Origin: a virus
Taxonomy: Duplodnaviria > Caudoviricetes
Direction: 5' to 3' (one strand)
Length of the DNA: 64,000 nt
Virus record (IMG/VR): IMGVR_UViG_3300021093_000004
Below the pieces are notes generated by a model. It had not been told where the DNA came from and made no database searches. It saw only the letters and a program-made list of their open reading frames with translations. Made by a program: the position numbers and the translations under genes. This document shows, piece after piece, positions 38,632-49,161 of this stretch. The first letter of the stretch is position 1. Every line of letters starts with the position of its first letter.

Positions 38632-40611
38632 ATGCCGAGTAACTGGCTAGTTTTCGACAGAATACGTGCACTTACCCGGCAGCACCGTATTTATCAAGCA
38701 GAACGAGTATATCAAGATCAAGCACATCTTGATCGTTTAACTGCTGGCGGCGAATTTCTTGACTTTAATCAACAAGCCGCTATCCTCGATCAGACCAATC
38801 TACAGATTAATAGATTGGAGAGGTATAAAGATTATGAACAAATGGATCAGACTGGCGAAATCAGCCTTGGTTTAGATTTATATGCCGATGAAGCTAGTTT
38901 AGTCGATCCTGAACGAAAACACACATTGATTATTCGAGCACGCAATCGGCGGCTGAAGCACGAGCTTGAAGATTTATTCTTCAATACGCTTCGTTGGGAC
39001 ACATTCTGCCGTCCCACAGTCCGATACCTATGCAAATATGGTGATTCTCCGTTCGAGGTAATTCTGGACGCTAATCGTTCCGGCGTCTCTGCTCTTAAAT
39101 TCATGAACGTCTACAATTTCACCAGAATTGAAACACGATATGGTGATCTTGTTGGATTCTTTTATATGGATGCAATTTGGCCGCGTCCAATGTTTCTTCA
39201 TCCGTGGCAAGTAATGCATTTGCGGTTGACCAGCTTTGAAAACATCTACCATCCATATGGTCGTTCAGTGTTAGATGGCGGACGCAAGGCATTCAAACAA
39301 TTGCGGCTGATGGAAGATGCTGCGTTGATTTACAGAATTACTCGTGCACCGGAGAAACGTAAATTCACTATTCCTGTCGGCATGATTCCGCCAAAAGAAG
39401 TGCCGGAATATATGCAGATGATCGCACGGAATTTCAAACGCCAGCGATTCTATAATCCAACTACCGGCACGTTCGACGAGCGATATTCTCCACTTATTCA
39501 AGAAGATGACTTCTTCTTGCCGCGTCGTCCAGACGGAACTGGTCCGGATGTTGACGTTTTGCCGGGTGCTGAGAACCTCGACCAAATTAAGGATATCGAA
39601 TATTTCAAGAAGAAAATGGTGTCTCCAATGAAAATCCCGTTCGCACGGGTTGGAATTGGGGAGGGGGCTGGCGAAGCCAGTGAAAAATCGCTCTCACAAT
39701 CACACTCGGAATTTTCGAAAGCTGTTCAATGGATACAACGTGAAGTTGCCACCGGATTAACCAAAATTGCTATCATTCACCTCGCGTTACGTGGATATCG
39801 TGTCGAAGATCTGCGTGGATTTGAAGTTGCTCTTACTGCAACTTCTGCGATGGAAGAATTGTATAGAATCGAAACATGGCAAACTCGCGTAGCTGTGATG
39901 GCCGATCTCAAGGATTTGGGATGGTTTCCGAAAGAATGGATTGTGACTCACTTTACCGACTTGTCTCCCGATGAAATTCAAGAATTGAAGGATATGGAGC
40001 AGACTGCTACGCAAAGTGGCAGCAGTGGTGGTGGCTTGGATCTTGGAGTTGGTGATGAAGCACCAACCCCACCAACTGATGCGGCTGATATTCCCACGGA
40101 TGCGGCTGGTGGTGCTCTAGAAGACGCAGCGGGTGCTCTGGGGGCTGAAGCTGGTGGAGACACTCCTCCGCCAATTGAAGGATTCGATTATGCTGCTGAG
40201 AAACGCTTGATACTTGAACTCCGTAAACAAGGTCGCATGAATGAAGCCAAAGTTATCGTGGAGCGATGGGCGGCTCGGATAGGTCGATCAGCAGAAAAAC
40301 CTCTGATTGAACATAGTAGCGGCTACGATTACATTTTGGCTTCCAAAGAACTCGATGGGTTATCGGGATCTCCTCCTACCCTTCGTCATGAAGGTAATGG
40401 GAAATCACCCTCTACGATTTTGGAAGAAATTTACAACCCAAACAAAGATAAAGAGTTACTCGTCGAATGGTCTGTTGACGAAGACACTCGCAATGACGCA
40501 ATCAAAGAGATTTACGACGTTCTGATGGATGGATCGCTAGTAGAATCCGAAGAGGAAGTAACTGAAGTTACCGAAAGCGATCTTCCGTCAGTTGCCGTTA
40601 GTGGCCTTTAG
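38632..40611 (+). CDS. Portal protein (gp20-like)
   Basis: LMEDAALIYRITRAPEKRKF, EDDFFLPRR, IEYFKKKM..PMKIP. Confidence 0.95.
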   Translation: MPSNWLVFDRIRALTRQHRIYQAERVYQDQAHLDRLTAGGEFLDFNQQAAILDQTNLQINRLERYKDYEQMDQTGEISLGLDLYADEASLVDPERKHTLIIRARNRRLKHELEDLFFNTLRWDTFCRPTVRYLCKYGDSPFEVILDANRSGVSALKFMNVYNFTRIETRYGDLVGFFYMDAIWPRPMFLHPWQVMHLRLTSFENIYHPYGRSVLDGGRKAFKQLRLMEDAALIYRITRAPEKRKFTIPVGMIPPKEVPEYMQMIARNFKRQRFYNPTTGTFDERYSPLIQEDDFFLPRRPDGTGPDVDVLPGAENLDQIKDIEYFKKKMVSPMKIPFARVGIGEGAGEASEKSLSQSHSEFSKAVQWIQREVATGLTKIAIIHLALRGYRVEDLRGFEVALTATSAMEELYRIETWQTRVAVMADLKDLGWFPKEWIVTHFTDLSPDEIQELKDMEQTATQSGSSGGGLDLGVGDEAPTPPTDAADIPTDAAGGALEDAAGALGAEAGGDTPPPIEGFDYAAEKRLILELRKQGRMNEAKVIVERWAARIGRSAEKPLIEHSSGYDYILASKELDGLSGSPPTLRHEGNGKSPSTILEEIYNPNKDKELLVEWSVDEDTRNDAIKEIYDVLMDGSLVESEEEVTEVTESDLPSVAVSGL

Positions 40612-40733
40612 GATTAAGACTAGCCCACACGCATTTGGTCAAAATTAGTAATAGTTAAGCAAGAAACGCTGCTGAACCAGTAGAATCAAAATCTACTATA
40701 TTAAGGCAACGTGCTGATCTAGGAGCGAATTAG

Positions 40734-43700
40734 ATGACATCGAATACAACCGGCCCGGTACGAATTGACAGTCGCAAATTCCTTGGTGCATTGAACGATT
40801 CTGCTCAGGCAAAAGTTGCCGTTTTCGAAGAGCGGATCGAACAAATGGGCCGCTCTGCTGGTAAACAGTGGAGACTAGCTGCTCTTCACGCCAAGCAACT
40901 TTATATTGAAGATGTGAATGCGCAACAATTCTTCATTGCAGAACACGTCCGCGAGGCCCATGGCAAGGTCACAATCACTAATATTAGACCTCTCGAAATT
41001 GTTGAAGAAGAAAAGCAAGGTCTGTTTGCTGAAACCTGCGAGAAATTGGTTTCGGCAATTGAAGAAAACGACCAAAAGGGCATGCAGGTTTCATTTGACC
41101 GCATGAAAGCCCAGCGATTCTCAGGTCGGGCTGTTCCTTACTCTGGTGCTGTTCGATGCCGAGATGGTGTTCTGCGACGCATCAGTATTCAACCGAACAA
41201 TGTCAGTCTCGAAAACAATGTGCGGTCAAAACTGGTCGCTGTGATTGTCGAGAATCTGCGAGATCGCGTTCTTGTCGAGAACGGAACAGTCGTCTCCGGT
41301 TCATTCGGCGATGGAGAACCGATCTCGTTGCCTGTCACGAAATGGGCGGCACGAAAGCTGGTCGCTCGACGGATGATGGAAGCCGCCAAGAATGCATACT
41401 GGTCCGAAGGATTCCAAAACCGCGTCTATCACGCTGCCAGATTGGTGTCTGAAGCGAAAATCGACGACGCTGTTCAGGCTGTGACACCATTCTTAGAATC
41501 GATGGAGGAATTCACACTCCTCAATCGTGCTCAATTCCAGACATTGGTTGAGAACGCATTGGCTTCGAAAGCGATTTTCAACCAGCAACTGTGTGATGAC
41601 ACCGCTACGCTCTTCTTCAGAACCAATATGAAGCTGAGCCGCCGTAAGATTATCGATGAATGGAGAAATATTGCCAAGAAGTCGGAACATCCGGCGTTGA
41701 TGGAAAATGTGCGGATTCTCGAAGAATCGAAGAATTTCGAGAGTGCATACCAGAAATTCTTGGCATTGATTTTCGAAACAATTTCAAACCGAGAAGTCGC
41801 CGCCGAAGCTTTGGCCACGACTTTGGATGTCTTGCGAAACAAGACTCCGAAAATTCGGGAGTCGCACGAATTGTCGAGCAAGTTGAGCAGCTTGATCACG
41901 CGGTTGAAGGACAAAAACTTCGACGATGCTGCGATCTATGAAGCCGAGGATTTGATCGCGACAATTCAAGAAGAGCTTGCTGCCGCCGACACACTTCAGG
42001 GATTCGATCAAATGCCACCTGGAGGTGGTCCGGCTGGAAGTGATGCTCTCGATCTTAGTGGCGATCTTGGGGGCGGCGGTGGTGCTCCTGTCATCAATAT
42101 CAACTCTCCGCTGATTCAAATTGGTGGTCAGAGTTCTGGCGGTGGTGCCGGTAAACCGGGTGCTGGAGCCGCTGGAGAAGTCCCTCCGCCTTCGCCAGCC
42201 GGTGGTGACGAAGATCTGGATGCCCTGTTGGGTGCTGGCGGTGGTGCTCCTCCGGCTCCGGCCCCTGCTGCTGCTCCTGCTGCTCCTGCTGCTCCTGCTC
42301 CGGGTGCTCCTCCGGCTCCGGGCGGTGCTCCGCCGATGGAAGGCAAGTACAAGAAGAAAAAACCACTATCAGAATCCCGTCCTGTTCATTATGAGATGAA
42401 GAAGGACGAAGATGACGATATGCCGTGCGATGACGATGAGATTGAGGAAGGCTTAGATCCATATGCTATTCGGCGTGATGAAGGAATCGATCTCTCAGAA
42501 GGTGTTCATATCACTGATTACGGCACGCCGGTAATCACTGATGAAGGAGACCTCGAAAAGATCATCAGAATCATGCAGCGTTTGGCGACCGAAAATCGTC
42601 TGTCTGGTAAGCTTCTCGAACAAAGCCTTCCCAGCATGGCGAAAGCCTCGTTGAAAGCCTTGGGAATGCGAATCCCAGAAGGCAAGATGTCGAGAGCACT
42701 GGAACAGGTTGTAACGTGCTTTTTGGAAAGTGACGACGATAAGGGTGGTCCATTCCCTGGTGCCGCTCCGCCGTTCAAGAAGAGTGGTTCGGACGATTTT
42801 GTTTGTGATGATTCTGGCGATTCCGGCGATTCCGAGAAGCCATGGGAATCAGATGATTCGGACGATGAGGGTGTGGCCGAAGATCAGTACCGAAGCCCAC
42901 GAATTACTCCACGCGGATATGGCCGTGCCAGCGTTGGGAAGACGACCAAGGAAAGCCGCATTAGATGGGGACAGGCACAGAAAGATGCTGTTCTTGGTGA
43001 ATATGCGGGAGTTCGATTCATCTTCGACCATGGTGGCTCTGATGAATCTCTCACTCCTGTCATCTTGAGTGAAGACGGATCGGTTGAAATTCCAATTCCG
43101 AAAGCACTTTATGAAAGCGCGTTTGCCGCTGCGAAGATGAGCTACGGCGATCCGCGTGCATTCACCAAATGGATCAGTGAATCGATTGAGCAATTGCGTC
43201 CAATTGATGACGGTGAAGACAATGCCTTAAACGAGGCCATGGCGAAAATCACGACCGGTCCGGATGGAACGATATCCGTCGAAGTCTCTGATGATATCGA
43301 TGTTGGAAAACTTGGAGCCGGTGGTGAAGGCGGCGATGATGGTATGATCGCCGACATGGGCGACTCCATGGATGATATGGGCGATGCCGGTGATGATACT
43401 TCCGGAATGTCGCCGGTCGATTCTATCAATGCTCCCGGAGATGATGCTGGAGACATGGGTGGCGATGATGATGCCATGCCAGACTTCGAAAATGGCGAAG
43501 ATTCGATGGATGGAGAAGTCGCTGGTCCACCAGAAATGGGAGACGAGGAGGACGAGGAGGAAGAGGAGGAAGTGGAGGAAGAGGACGAAACCGAAGGAAT
43601 GGTCGAAGATCAGGATGTGACCAGTCCATCGAATGCCAAATATACCAAGCACGTAAAGGATAATTTACGTGATATGCCAACTCCGAAGTTGCCGAAGGCC

Positions 43701-43790
43701 ACTGACGACGAGTTAGAGGACATTGGTCCGACCGTCAAGAAGGATGATGGCACCGGAACCAAGCCGCCAACGGCGAAAAAGGGAGATTAG
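40734..43790 (+). CDS. Large prohead core/scaffold-like protein (1018 aa) with low-complexity segments
   Basis: Sits between portal and protease; Pro/Ala/Gly and Asp/Glu tracts; several hydrophobic-x-E sites. Confidence 0.6.
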   Translation: MTSNTTGPVRIDSRKFLGALNDSAQAKVAVFEERIEQMGRSAGKQWRLAALHAKQLYIEDVNAQQFFIAEHVREAHGKVTITNIRPLEIVEEEKQGLFAETCEKLVSAIEENDQKGMQVSFDRMKAQRFSGRAVPYSGAVRCRDGVLRRISIQPNNVSLENNVRSKLVAVIVENLRDRVLVENGTVVSGSFGDGEPISLPVTKWAARKLVARRMMEAAKNAYWSEGFQNRVYHAARLVSEAKIDDAVQAVTPFLESMEEFTLLNRAQFQTLVENALASKAIFNQQLCDDTATLFFRTNMKLSRRKIIDEWRNIAKKSEHPALMENVRILEESKNFESAYQKFLALIFETISNREVAAEALATTLDVLRNKTPKIRESHELSSKLSSLITRLKDKNFDDAAIYEAEDLIATIQEELAAADTLQGFDQMPPGGGPAGSDALDLSGDLGGGGGAPVININSPLIQIGGQSSGGGAGKPGAGAAGEVPPPSPAGGDEDLDALLGAGGGAPPAPAPAAAPAAPAAPAPGAPPAPGGAPPMEGKYKKKKPLSESRPVHYEMKKDEDDDMPCDDDEIEEGLDPYAIRRDEGIDLSEGVHITDYGTPVITDEGDLEKIIRIMQRLATENRLSGKLLEQSLPSMAKASLKALGMRIPEGKMSRALEQVVTCFLESDDDKGGPFPGAAPPFKKSGSDDFVCDDSGDSGDSEKPWESDDSDDEGVAEDQYRSPRITPRGYGRASVGKTTKESRIRWGQAQKDAVLGEYAGVRFIFDHGGSDESLTPVILSEDGSVEIPIPKALYESAFAAAKMSYGDPRAFTKWISESIEQLRPIDDGEDNALNEAMAKITTGPDGTISVEVSDDIDVGKLGAGGEGGDDGMIADMGDSMDDMGDAGDDTSGMSPVDSINAPGDDAGDMGGDDDAMPDFENGEDSMDGEVAGPPEMGDEEDEEEEEEVEEEDETEGMVEDQDVTSPSNAKYTKHVKDNLRDMPTPKLPKATDDELEDIGPTVKKDDGTGTKPPTAKKGD

Positions 43791-43793
43791 TGA

Positions 43794-44576
43794 ATGTTGC
43801 CTAGCCGTCGATCATATGCCACGCTTATGGAAGAGCGTGGTTTCCCTGCCATCAATCGGGGATTAATCGCTGAAACTGGTGTTATTCCTACCGGTATGCA
43901 GCTTATCCGTGATGTTTTCCCATTCGAAATTATTGATCGGAAAGAAACAGTAACGGAAGACGTTAACGGCAAAGAAGTTCCAGTGATGCGAGTCACTGGG
44001 CTTTTCCAAATGGGCGACAAAGAGAACGCCAATCAACGCTTCTATCCAAGCAATGATGTTCTTGCTCCTGCTGTTCGGGGAATTCAAGAAGACGTTTCTC
44101 ATCGAGCCGTGATGGGTGAATTTGACCACCCAGCCGATGCCAAAATCCATCTCGACCGCGTAAGCCATCTGATCACGAAAGTGTGGATGGATGGGAAGAA
44201 GGTATTCGGTGAAGCTGAAGTGCTTCACAAACTGCCTTGCGGTTCATACCTTCGCGGGTTGTTTGAACATAAAGTTCGAGTTGGTATTTCATCCCGTGGT
44301 GTGGGTGATATGGAAGTCGCGGAACACCATGGACATCAGATTTATCGCGTGATGCCTGGATATTCATTTGTGACGTGGGACGCTGTGGCGGAACCGTCAG
44401 TGAATGGGGCAATTCTGCAAATCCAAGAAAGCCTGAGTCGGCGGTTGAAACCAATTAAGGAATCCCGCAATCGATTCAGTCCGCAAGCATACCAAAATCT
44501 CTTGGTTCAAGAGATTGAAAGTTACTTCGGTTTGGACAAGCGTGGACCAAAGATTCCGAGCCGGTCTCGGAGATAA
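43794..44576 (+). CDS. Prohead maturation protease (gp21-like)
   Basis: NANQRFY, GEFDHP, HLDRVSH, VGISSRGVG, WDAVAEPS. Confidence 0.95.
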   Translation: MLPSRRSYATLMEERGFPAINRGLIAETGVIPTGMQLIRDVFPFEIIDRKETVTEDVNGKEVPVMRVTGLFQMGDKENANQRFYPSNDVLAPAVRGIQEDVSHRAVMGEFDHPADAKIHLDRVSHLITKVWMDGKKVFGEAEVLHKLPCGSYLRGLFEHKVRVGISSRGVGDMEVAEHHGHQIYRVMPGYSFVTWDAVAEPSVNGAILQIQESLSRRLKPIKESRNRFSPQAYQNLLVQEIESYFGLDKRGPKIPSRSRR

Positions 44577-44638
44577 CACTAAGTTTTCTATATTCGAGCA
44601 AAAATAACTTTCAGCAAGCTCGTGAGGAGTAGATTGTT

Positions 44639-45358
44639 ATGAACAAGATCAAGACACTCTTGGAAAAGGCAGGTTGCAACCAGGACTTGGTTGGCAGCAT
44701 CTGCGAGGCCCTTGAGGACTACAAGACAACTCTTCGTGAGCAATACGATTCTGACTACCAGAATCGTATCGAGCAGGCTAAGAAAGTCTGCATCGAAGAG
44801 ACGGAAGCACACAAGAGAGAACTCGCTCGTCGAGTTCAGATCTTCTGTGAGACGAAAGCTGCTGCGATTGAGGCACAGCTTGCTAAGCAGTCGGCCCTTA
44901 GTGAGTCCGAGGCTGTTACCAGGCTTAAGAACGTTATGTCCCTCCTTGAGGGCATCGAGCCGAATGGTGAGCCAAATGGACAAGCTACAGCCGCGTTGGA
45001 CAAGGCAAAGCTCAAGATCCAGCAGGTCAACGAGGAACGCACTCGTGCAGTCGAAGTTGCCAATCGCCAAGTAGCGATCTCCGAGAAAGCTCTCAAGGAG
45101 AATCGACGGTTGGCCGCAGAGAACGCACAACTCAAGCAACGCTTGGGTACGGTCTCTGAGTCACGCCAAACACAAGGCGGACGAAAGAGAATTGACGTAA
45201 GCCGTACTGCCACTCACCCGGTAACGACTCGTCAGACGCTCCTCGAAAATCAGGACCGACGCCAGCCACAACGCAAGGCTTCGCCTGTTCAAACCCAACC
45301 ACAACGTGGGTTTAACATTGGTGACATTGCCGAGGGTATGGACGAAGACCTGATCTAA
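44639..45358 (+). CDS. Prohead scaffolding protein (gp22-like)
   Basis: Coiled coil between protease and capsid genes. Confidence 0.7.
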   Translation: MNKIKTLLEKAGCNQDLVGSICEALEDYKTTLREQYDSDYQNRIEQAKKVCIEETEAHKRELARRVQIFCETKAAAIEAQLAKQSALSESEAVTRLKNVMSLLEGIEPNGEPNGQATAALDKAKLKIQQVNEERTRAVEVANRQVAISEKALKENRRLAAENAQLKQRLGTVSESRQTQGGRKRIDVSRTATHPVTTRQTLLENQDRRQPQRKASPVQTQPQRGFNIGDIAEGMDEDLI

Positions 45359-45401
45359 CCTGTACCTGAATCGAATACTAACCAATAAGGAGTTTTAGCA
45401 T

Positions 45402-47021
45402 ATGTTACCAACGCGAAGCAGCCGTACTGCGGTGTCTGGCAACGCTCGTCGCCGTCATCTGGTTGAAGGTGCGGGAGCCGGTCGCCGTCCAATTACGGAA
45501 GAAACCGATTTGCACAAGGCATCAGTTTTTCACGAGTCCAAGAAGAATGCACTCGTCAAGAAGTGGTCCCCGGTGCTCAGCAAGTGCCGTGAAGTCACGC
45601 CGCAGAAATTCGGCTTGATGGCGGCAATTCTCGAAAACCAGTACAAGCACAACAATCCGGAAAATCGCTCGGTCATCTTCGAAGACCAGACGACAACCGC
45701 GAACATCGCCGATTTTACTCGGTTCGCTCTTCCGCTCATCCGGAAGTCCTATCCGAAGTTGATTGCTGACAATCTCGTCGGCGTTCAACCGATGAGCCAG
45801 CCAGCCAGCTTGATCTTCTACATCCGATATCGTTACGCTCTCACGAAGGGACAGACGGTTGCCGGAACGCAGATCATGCGTCAGAACACCGCTCAAGGCT
45901 CTGCCCGTCAGAACGGTTGGGCACTTGACCCGTATTACTCTTCGCAAGAAGTTCGTGGCGAAGACGCGACGATTGTCGGTGGCACAGTGATTTCAGCGAC
46001 TCTGGCCCATCGCCCGGTTCTCGCTGGAACGGTCGTGGTCGAAGCATTCGCCAGCGAAGCCGATGCAGGCCCGAACTGCGATGACGCAGTGCCTTGCTTG
46101 CGAGTTACCTTCGATGCGGACGGCAGTCCCGATACCGTGTTGGTTGGTGACTGCACTGAGTTCACCGCTAACATCTCTGTTGATACGGTTACTGCTGGTG
46201 CGACAACCTTCAACCACACAACCGGTGCAGTTCAGATCACTCTGAGTGCCGGTGTTTTCCCGGGTGGAGCTGTCGCACGGGTGAACTACGAGTACGATCT
46301 CGAAGCCAACCCGTTCCAGCCGGAAGTTACGTTGAGCATCGACAGCGATTCGGTCGCTGCTATCACCCGCAAGCTGAAGACCTCTTGGTCGCTGGAAGCC
46401 GCTCAAGACCTGAAGTCGGTGCACAACATCGATGCCGAGAGCACCTTGACGGACTTGATGGCCGACGAAATGGTCGCCGAAATCGACCGCGAAATCATCA
46501 ACGACTTGATCATTTCCGCCTCGATTCGTGCTGATCACAACTTCGCGACGGCAGCCGGTGCATCGGTCAACTTCACAGACCGCAACATCGCGTTGATGTA
46601 CAAGACGCTCGAAGTCGCCAACATCATCCACCGCACCACTCTCCGTGGTCCGGCGAACTGGATGGTGATGAGTGCTGACATCTGCTCGAAGTTCGAGCAG
46701 TTGAATGACTTCCGTGCATCGGACGCCTTCACTACAGAAGGTGTGGATGTCGGCATCATGAACGTCGGCACGATCCAAGGCAAGATGCGGATTTACAAAG
46801 ATCCGCTCTTCCCGAATTGCAAGATCCTGCTCGGATTTAAGGGCAGCAGCGTTCTGGATGCGGGCTACTTCTACGCCCCATACATTCCGTTGCTCAGCAC
46901 GCCGACCGTTCTCGATCCAAACAGCTTCACGCCGAACAAGGGTATCATGACCCGATACGGCAAGAAGCTCATCGAAGACGGTGGTCTGTACTACGCAACC
47001 ATCACGGTCTCTAACCTCTAA
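45402..47021 (+). CDS. Major capsid protein (gp23-like)
   Basis: KKWSPVL, VGVQPMSQP, RKLKTSWSLEAAQDL, AEIDREII, GYFYAPYIPL, GIMTRYG. Confidence 0.97.
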   Translation: MLPTRSSRTAVSGNARRRHLVEGAGAGRRPITEETDLHKASVFHESKKNALVKKWSPVLSKCREVTPQKFGLMAAILENQYKHNNPENRSVIFEDQTTTANIADFTRFALPLIRKSYPKLIADNLVGVQPMSQPASLIFYIRYRYALTKGQTVAGTQIMRQNTAQGSARQNGWALDPYYSSQEVRGEDATIVGGTVISATLAHRPVLAGTVVVEAFASEADAGPNCDDAVPCLRVTFDADGSPDTVLVGDCTEFTANISVDTVTAGATTFNHTTGAVQITLSAGVFPGGAVARVNYEYDLEANPFQPEVTLSIDSDSVAAITRKLKTSWSLEAAQDLKSVHNIDAESTLTDLMADEMVAEIDREIINDLIISASIRADHNFATAAGASVNFTDRNIALMYKTLEVANIIHRTTLRGPANWMVMSADICSKFEQLNDFRASDAFTTEGVDVGIMNVGTIQGKMRIYKDPLFPNCKILLGFKGSSVLDAGYFYAPYIPLLSTPTVLDPNSFTPNKGIMTRYGKKLIEDGGLYYATITVSNL

Positions 47022-47049
47022 TCGAGACCATTCGATCCGCATCAATTCG

Positions 47050-47086
47050 AGTGGCCCGGTTGACAACAACCGGGCCACTTTCGTTT
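47050..47086 (+). terminator. Intrinsic terminator after the major capsid gene
   Basis: 13-bp perfect stem AGTGGCCCGGTTG/CAACCGGGCCACT, ACAA loop, T-rich tail. Confidence 0.85.
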
Positions 47087-47198
47087 ATATGTATTGAAAA
47101 GCGAGGGGCAATTCCCTTGAGAATTATTCACGCAAATTTATCTTGGATGTTGCGTGACATCCTGAAAATACGACCTGTTACCCGTATGGAGATGATGC

Positions 47199-47561
47199 AT
47201 GAAGAATTGGCTTGTAGCACTGTTAGCCCTAGTGGGCTGTGCTAGCCTTGCGGGTATTGCAACCGCGAGCGACGTTCAGTTTGTGACCGGTGGGTGCACT
47301 TCACCAGTTGTTGTGCAGCAGCAATTTGTGGCAAGCCCGTTTGTGATGCGATCATTCGTGTCACAGGTATTCGTTGCTGCTCCGGTGGTTCAACAGCAAT
47401 ATCTCGCGGCTCCGATGGTCCAGCATAAAATCGTCGCGGCTCCGGTTTTCGTTCAACAGCGATTCGTCGCGGCTCCGGTTTTCGTTCAACAGCGATTCGT
47501 CGCGGCTCCGGTGGTTACACGGCGAGTCATTCGCCAACGATCGGTCATCAGAGGCTTTTAA
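47199..47561 (+). CDS. Small secreted protein with VAAPV/QQ repeats
   Basis: Signal-peptide-like MKNWLVALLALVGCASLAGIATA, then (F)VAAPV.VQQ repeats. Confidence 0.7.
   Translation: MKNWLVALLALVGCASLAGIATASDVQFVTGGCTSPVVVQQQFVASPFVMRSFVSQVFVAAPVVQQQYLAAPMVQHKIVAAPVFVQQRFVAAPVFVQQRFVAAPVVTRRVIRQRSVIRGF
47431..47512 (+). repeat. 33-bp tandem repeat (about 2.5 copies)
   Basis: TCGTCGCGGCTCCGGTTTTCGTTCAACAGCGAT at 47431 and 47464, partial at 47497. Confidence 0.9.
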
Positions 47562-47697
47562 GCCTTCGTCCGACGTGAAGAGTGACAGCACTGACGTGAG
47601 ACCCGGCCTAAAATGCCGGGTCTTACTGTATTTAGGCATCGTTTGGAAGTATTTAAAATCATGCGAGAGTCCAATCGAGTGCCACACGGATCAAGTT

Positions 47698-48195
47698 ATG
47701 ATAACAGTATCTGCCGGATATAAGCAAGAACGTGAAGCATATGTAGTAGGATTTGGTCTTTCTGAAGACAATCTTGTTGAATTGCGGAAATCCCGCCCCA
47801 TCGCTGTTGCTAATGACCGTGTTAAACTTCCCCCACCTGGGTGTGATTTCGTCATTCTCGCTGTGAAAGATCGAGAAGCAATTCAGAATGAATTAGACAC
47901 AATACTATCACGTGTCCCTGTTATGACGGATGCATCTGTTCCAGTCATGTACATTGATAATAGTTTCTATGTCGCTGTTTTGAGTAAATCTGATGGGCGG
48001 ATTCTGTATGTAATCATACTCGATGATATATCTTACCAAAAGCTTCGAGATAAGGTATTTCTCACTTTTCGATCACGTTCCGTTGAGGGTAGTACGACTT
48101 CTATTGAAGTCATTATCTTCTGGGGACTAACCGAAGCTGAGATGAAACAGAAATTCGAAGAACGTGGGCTGATCTTCGACCCGAATATGAATTGA
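47698..48195 (+). CDS. Hypothetical protein
   Basis: Probable ATG 47698; GLSEDNL..LR...PI and IFWGLTEAEM motifs. Confidence 0.6.
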   Translation: MITVSAGYKQEREAYVVGFGLSEDNLVELRKSRPIAVANDRVKLPPPGCDFVILAVKDREAIQNELDTILSRVPVMTDASVPVMYIDNSFYVAVLSKSDGRILYVIILDDISYQKLRDKVFLTFRSRSVEGSTTSIEVIIFWGLTEAEMKQKFEERGLIFDPNMN

Positions 48196-48208
48196 TATAT
48201 AAGGTACT

Positions 48209-49108
48209 ATGGCTACCAATTTTGATGATATTACGTTCGACGCACAATCGCATACCTATAGGCTTGGTAATCAGGCTCTGATTCCTGTTACGTCCATTGT
48301 GAAATGGTTGACTCCAGAATTCCGTAGTGACGAAATGTTGGAAACAAAAGCCGCCACATCTGGAAGATCGAAAGCGGATATCCAAGCCGAATGGGATTCG
48401 AAGCGTGATATTGGATTAGACAAAGGTACGCGGGTCCACAATTATATCGAGAATGTTCTTGAAGGACGTGATCCGCGTTTATTGCTTTCTGTCAACGACC
48501 ATTTACATGAAATGAAACAATTTGACATCGCCTGGGGGCGTATGTGCTCCAGATTGTCAGCGAAATTTGATCGTAAGGAGTGGACTGTTGGTGATGCTGA
48601 ATTAGGTGTTGCTGGGCGAGTGGATGCTATTTTACGGATCGTTATTGAATCCGAAGAAAAGCGATGCTTGTTCGACTGGAAGACTGGGAAATTCATGGTT
48701 CGGAAGTATGCTCGTGAAACGATGCTTCCGCCATTTGATGATCTTCCATGTTGTGAAGAAATTAAATATAGTATTCAGTTGAGCCTATATCGCTTGATTA
48801 TCGAACGAAATACCGATGAGCGATTATTCAATGGATTTATTCTACATCTCCCTGCCGAATATCAACACAATCTTTACAATGTAATCGATTTGCGAGAACG
48901 TCTTGAAACGTGGCTGCTTAAAATGCGGGCAGAAGGGCGTCTAGGCGATCCAGAGGGCGACAAGAAAGCCTTGCGAGTGGCTAAATCTCTGGATCAATTC
49001 GATGATGATATTCTTCGAATTCTGTCGCCGCAATCTCGCAAAAAATTGTTATTGAAAGCGGCGAAGTTGTTAAAGCGTGGCCAGCAATATTTTAATGAGC
49101 CGACATAG
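48209..49108 (+). CDS. PD-(D/E)XK exonuclease (Cas4-like fold)
   Basis: FDAQSHTY, KGTRVH, GVAGRVD, LFDWKT, YSIQLSLY. Confidence 0.85.
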   Translation: MATNFDDITFDAQSHTYRLGNQALIPVTSIVKWLTPEFRSDEMLETKAATSGRSKADIQAEWDSKRDIGLDKGTRVHNYIENVLEGRDPRLLLSVNDHLHEMKQFDIAWGRMCSRLSAKFDRKEWTVGDAELGVAGRVDAILRIVIESEEKRCLFDWKTGKFMVRKYARETMLPPFDDLPCCEEIKYSIQLSLYRLIIERNTDERLFNGFILHLPAEYQHNLYNVIDLRERLETWLLKMRAEGRLGDPEGDKKALRVAKSLDQFDDDILRILSPQSRKKLLLKAAKLLKRGQQYFNEPT

Positions 49109-49140
49109 AAGAAGGCCGCTTTCACGACCTTCTTCTATGT
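49103..49140. terminator. Hairpin after the nuclease gene
   Basis: 13-bp stem ACATAGAAGAAGG/CCTTCTTCTATGT. Confidence 0.6.
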
Positions 49141-49161
49141 CGGCTCATTAAAATATAGTGC

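Noticed and set aside
45993-47078. 361-aa antisense ORF opposite the major capsid gene
   Set aside because: Best explained by strong codon bias of the capsid gene suppressing antisense stops; no recognisable motifs.
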